Below are positions 61,761 to 64,000 of a stretch of DNA of 64,000 nucleotides, piece by piece (position 1 is the first letter of the stretch; the number at the start of each line of letters is the position of its first letter). The stretch spans positions 129,123 to 193,122 of the forward strand of contig RHPI01002910.1 of the NCBI GenBank assembly GCA_009103225.1. The letters are read 5' to 3'. Below the pieces are notes generated by a model. The model saw only the letters and a program-made list of their open reading frames with translations, did not search any database and was not told the origin of the DNA. The DNA is from Chlorokybus atmophyticus (taxonomy: Eukaryota > Plantae > Mesostigma and Chlorokybus algae). The position numbers and the translations under genes are program-made.

Positions 61761-62917
61761 TCATGACGAGTTCGCTGAGCTGAGTTTCTTGGCTATATGC
61801 ACGCTCTCTCGCTTCACCACCGTCAGCAGCGTCTGCGAGCTCTCCAGAATCTGCTCTCATAAGCACACACAAACAAGTGCAGTGTGAGGCATTGTCAAGT
61901 TTGAGGTAAAGCAGCAGACGAAAGCATGCTTAGAGAATGGTTGCACAACAAGCCATGCATTCACCTTCATGTAAGCGGCTTCGGTCTCACGTATCGTCCG
62001 ATCGCACTCGTCGCGTCCTGTTCAAGTTCGTACGGTTCACACAGTGAGTCAGTCAGTGTTGCGAGAGGATTTGATTGGCGCTATGCACAGCAGTCCTCAA
62101 AAGAGGATGGTGGCTACTGCAGGCGTCCGGTCAAGCAACCATTGCAGGCACGTGCGCACGCATGTGCGTGCATGTCTGGTGTGCGCATGAGTGTCACCTC
62201 CCGGTGCACAACCATCTCGATCACATGCGCGCGCTTGCGTGCGTGCGTGCGTGCATGCGTGTCATCTCCCGAGAACAGTGAAATGTGTTGCTGACCTGCG
62301 GTGTGTCGGGCCAGACTCTCCTCGATCTGGTGCAGTCTCTTTGTCAGCACGGCGATGTCGTTCTGGATGCGGGCGCGCTCCTCCTCCTCCTTATGCACCT
62401 GCACATGACGTCCAGCATACCCTTTTCCGTGAGTTGATTGAACTAACCACACCGCTCCCACAATATACCCAACTAGTAAGCGGCGTTGTCAAGTTACACA
62501 ATCAAGTTGCCGTTGAAACACACAGTGTGCTGCAACTTCACTCAGTGTTGAAAGCACTTTCATACCTGTTTGGTCAGCTCTTCTCTCCTCTCTTTCAGCT
62601 CCTCAATGCCTGCAGTGTGAAGTCCCTCTCTGATAATGTTACTTGGTGGTTGCAAGCAGTAGTAGTTAGCTGCCACTGTTGGATTGACGACCGCGAAGGG
62701 TAAACAAGATGCGTGTCGAGAGTGCTGTGCTTCAAAGTTTCATATGCAACCTCAGCGCCGACGATAAAGCACAAAGCAATTGCTTTGCTTACAGAACAAA
62801 AGCAACAGTGGCAGCTTACGAGCAGTGCACACCACCAAGTAGAACCACAACCAGCCTGTGCTTACACTTGACAAGCTCGTTGTTGTGGTTCTGCAGCGCC
62901 GCCCCCGCCGCTGCCAT
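61761..62917 (-). CDS. SSNA1: SSNA1/NA14/DIP13 microtubule and centriole protein, 5 exons
   Basis: MAAAGAALQNHNNELVKC|IEELKERREELTKQ|VHKEEEERARIQNDIAVLTKRLHQIEESLARHTA|GRDECDRTIRETEAAYMK|ILESSQTLLTVVKRES...; exon phases consistent. Confidence 0.95.
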
Positions 62918-63026
62918 CAGGGCCAGCACCAGACCAAACGAACAGTCAAAACACTCCAACAAACACAACAGCCAGGCCACAGTTAGGCTTCTCAGTTACA
63001 GTCTGACCAAACGTATAACTGCGGTT

Positions 63027-64000
63027 ATGGCGGCGGCGGCGGCGGCGGCGGTGTCCCTGGCGGCGAGGCACACCTGCCTCAGGAGCTGCTGCTCCTCCGT
63101 CATCTCCGCCTCCGCCGTGCGACTGGTGGGTCGGCAGCAGAGACGCAGCAGAAGCGGCGGCGGAGGGGCTGGGTCATTGTTTCCTTGTCCACCACAGTGT
63201 CTCGAAGCATGGAGTGGTAGCAGGTGTGGTAGCAGTAGCAGTAGTAGAAGGGGAAGGCAGCAACCATCCTTGCAGAGTGCTTGCGTTAGAGCTTCAACTT
63301 CAGCTGCTTTGGCTAGCGTTGGTGGTGGTGCTGCTGTAGATTTGCGCGATCCGTCGGTGATTGTACTTGGGATTGAGACCAGCTGCGACGAGACCGCTGC
63401 AGCAGTGGTGAGCTTGAGTATGAGTATGAGTATGAGGTTGACTACTTGCATGCGTTTAACAATGTTGGCCAGCTGTCAAACCGGAACCTTCTGAACAGCG
63501 AAGCGCAGCTACTGAGTGGTTGGTGTTGGGTTGCGTGGTTGATGTATGGAATGCGTGCCTGATTCCAACGTTGCGTGCACGCGTGTTGCAGGTCAGGGGC
63601 GATGGGAAGGTGTTGGGTGAAGCACTGGCATCGCAGGTATGGTATCACACGCTTCTTCACTCAAGTGCCTTGCTTCTGCTGCATGCATTCACGCAACCAA
63701 CACTCGCATTGCAACCCTTTCACTTGCTTGCTCGAGGATGGCTTCACACTCACTCACTCAATCAACACTGTGATGATGTTGAATCGCACGTTTTTTACTT
63801 CCCGGTACAGCCCGAGATGCTCGCAGAGTGGGGCGGCGTGGTCCCGAAGCTCGCGCAGTCCGGTCACGAGCGCGCCATCGACGGCGTCGTGCAGCAGGCG
63901 CTGGACGCGAGCGGCGTCGCGCCGAAGGACCTGTCCGCCGTCGCGGTTACGATCGGGCCGGGACTAAGCCTGTGCCTGAAAAGTGAGCGGTGTGGGGGGT
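63027..64000 (+). CDS. GCP1: Organellar tRNA t6A threonylcarbamoyltransferase (TsaD/OSGEPL1/GCP1), 5' part
   Basis: Targeting-like leader, then VLGIETSCDETAAAVV, GKVLGEALASQ, WGGVVPKLAQSGH and LSAVAVTIGPGLSLCL; runs off the window. Confidence 0.93.

Noticed and set aside
1-64000. tRNA, rRNA or snRNA genes
   Set aside because: No cloverleaf, A/B-box or conserved rRNA/snRNA sequence recognised by eye; a covariance-model search would be needed to exclude them.

Overview
Gene-dense, intron-rich nuclear DNA from a green-lineage eukaryote. Plastid proteins (FZL, D27, Staygreen), an F-box-Tubby and a bHLH-ACT gene sit beside centriole/flagellar genes (CEP97-like, SSNA1/DIP13). This points to a flagellate green alga, possibly an early-diverging streptophyte (inference). 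I can support 16 host transcription units plus one decayed hAT transposon with intact 18-bp TIRs and an 8-bp TSD. There are also three AT-rich islands, several long hairpins, a 771-bp exact duplicate of part of SSNA1, and three N gaps next to G/C homopolymers. The main finding is an operon-like bicistronic locus. A complete FetA/STAR1-type ABC ATPase ORF ends only 18 nt before a complete FetB/STAR2 (UPF0014) permease ORF, in the same frame and within one exon. The spliced first ORF has no internal ATG in any frame over about 747 nt, as expected for leaky ribosome scanning. Transcription units also alternate strand almost perfectly. All exon models were read by eye and need RNA-seq confirmation.
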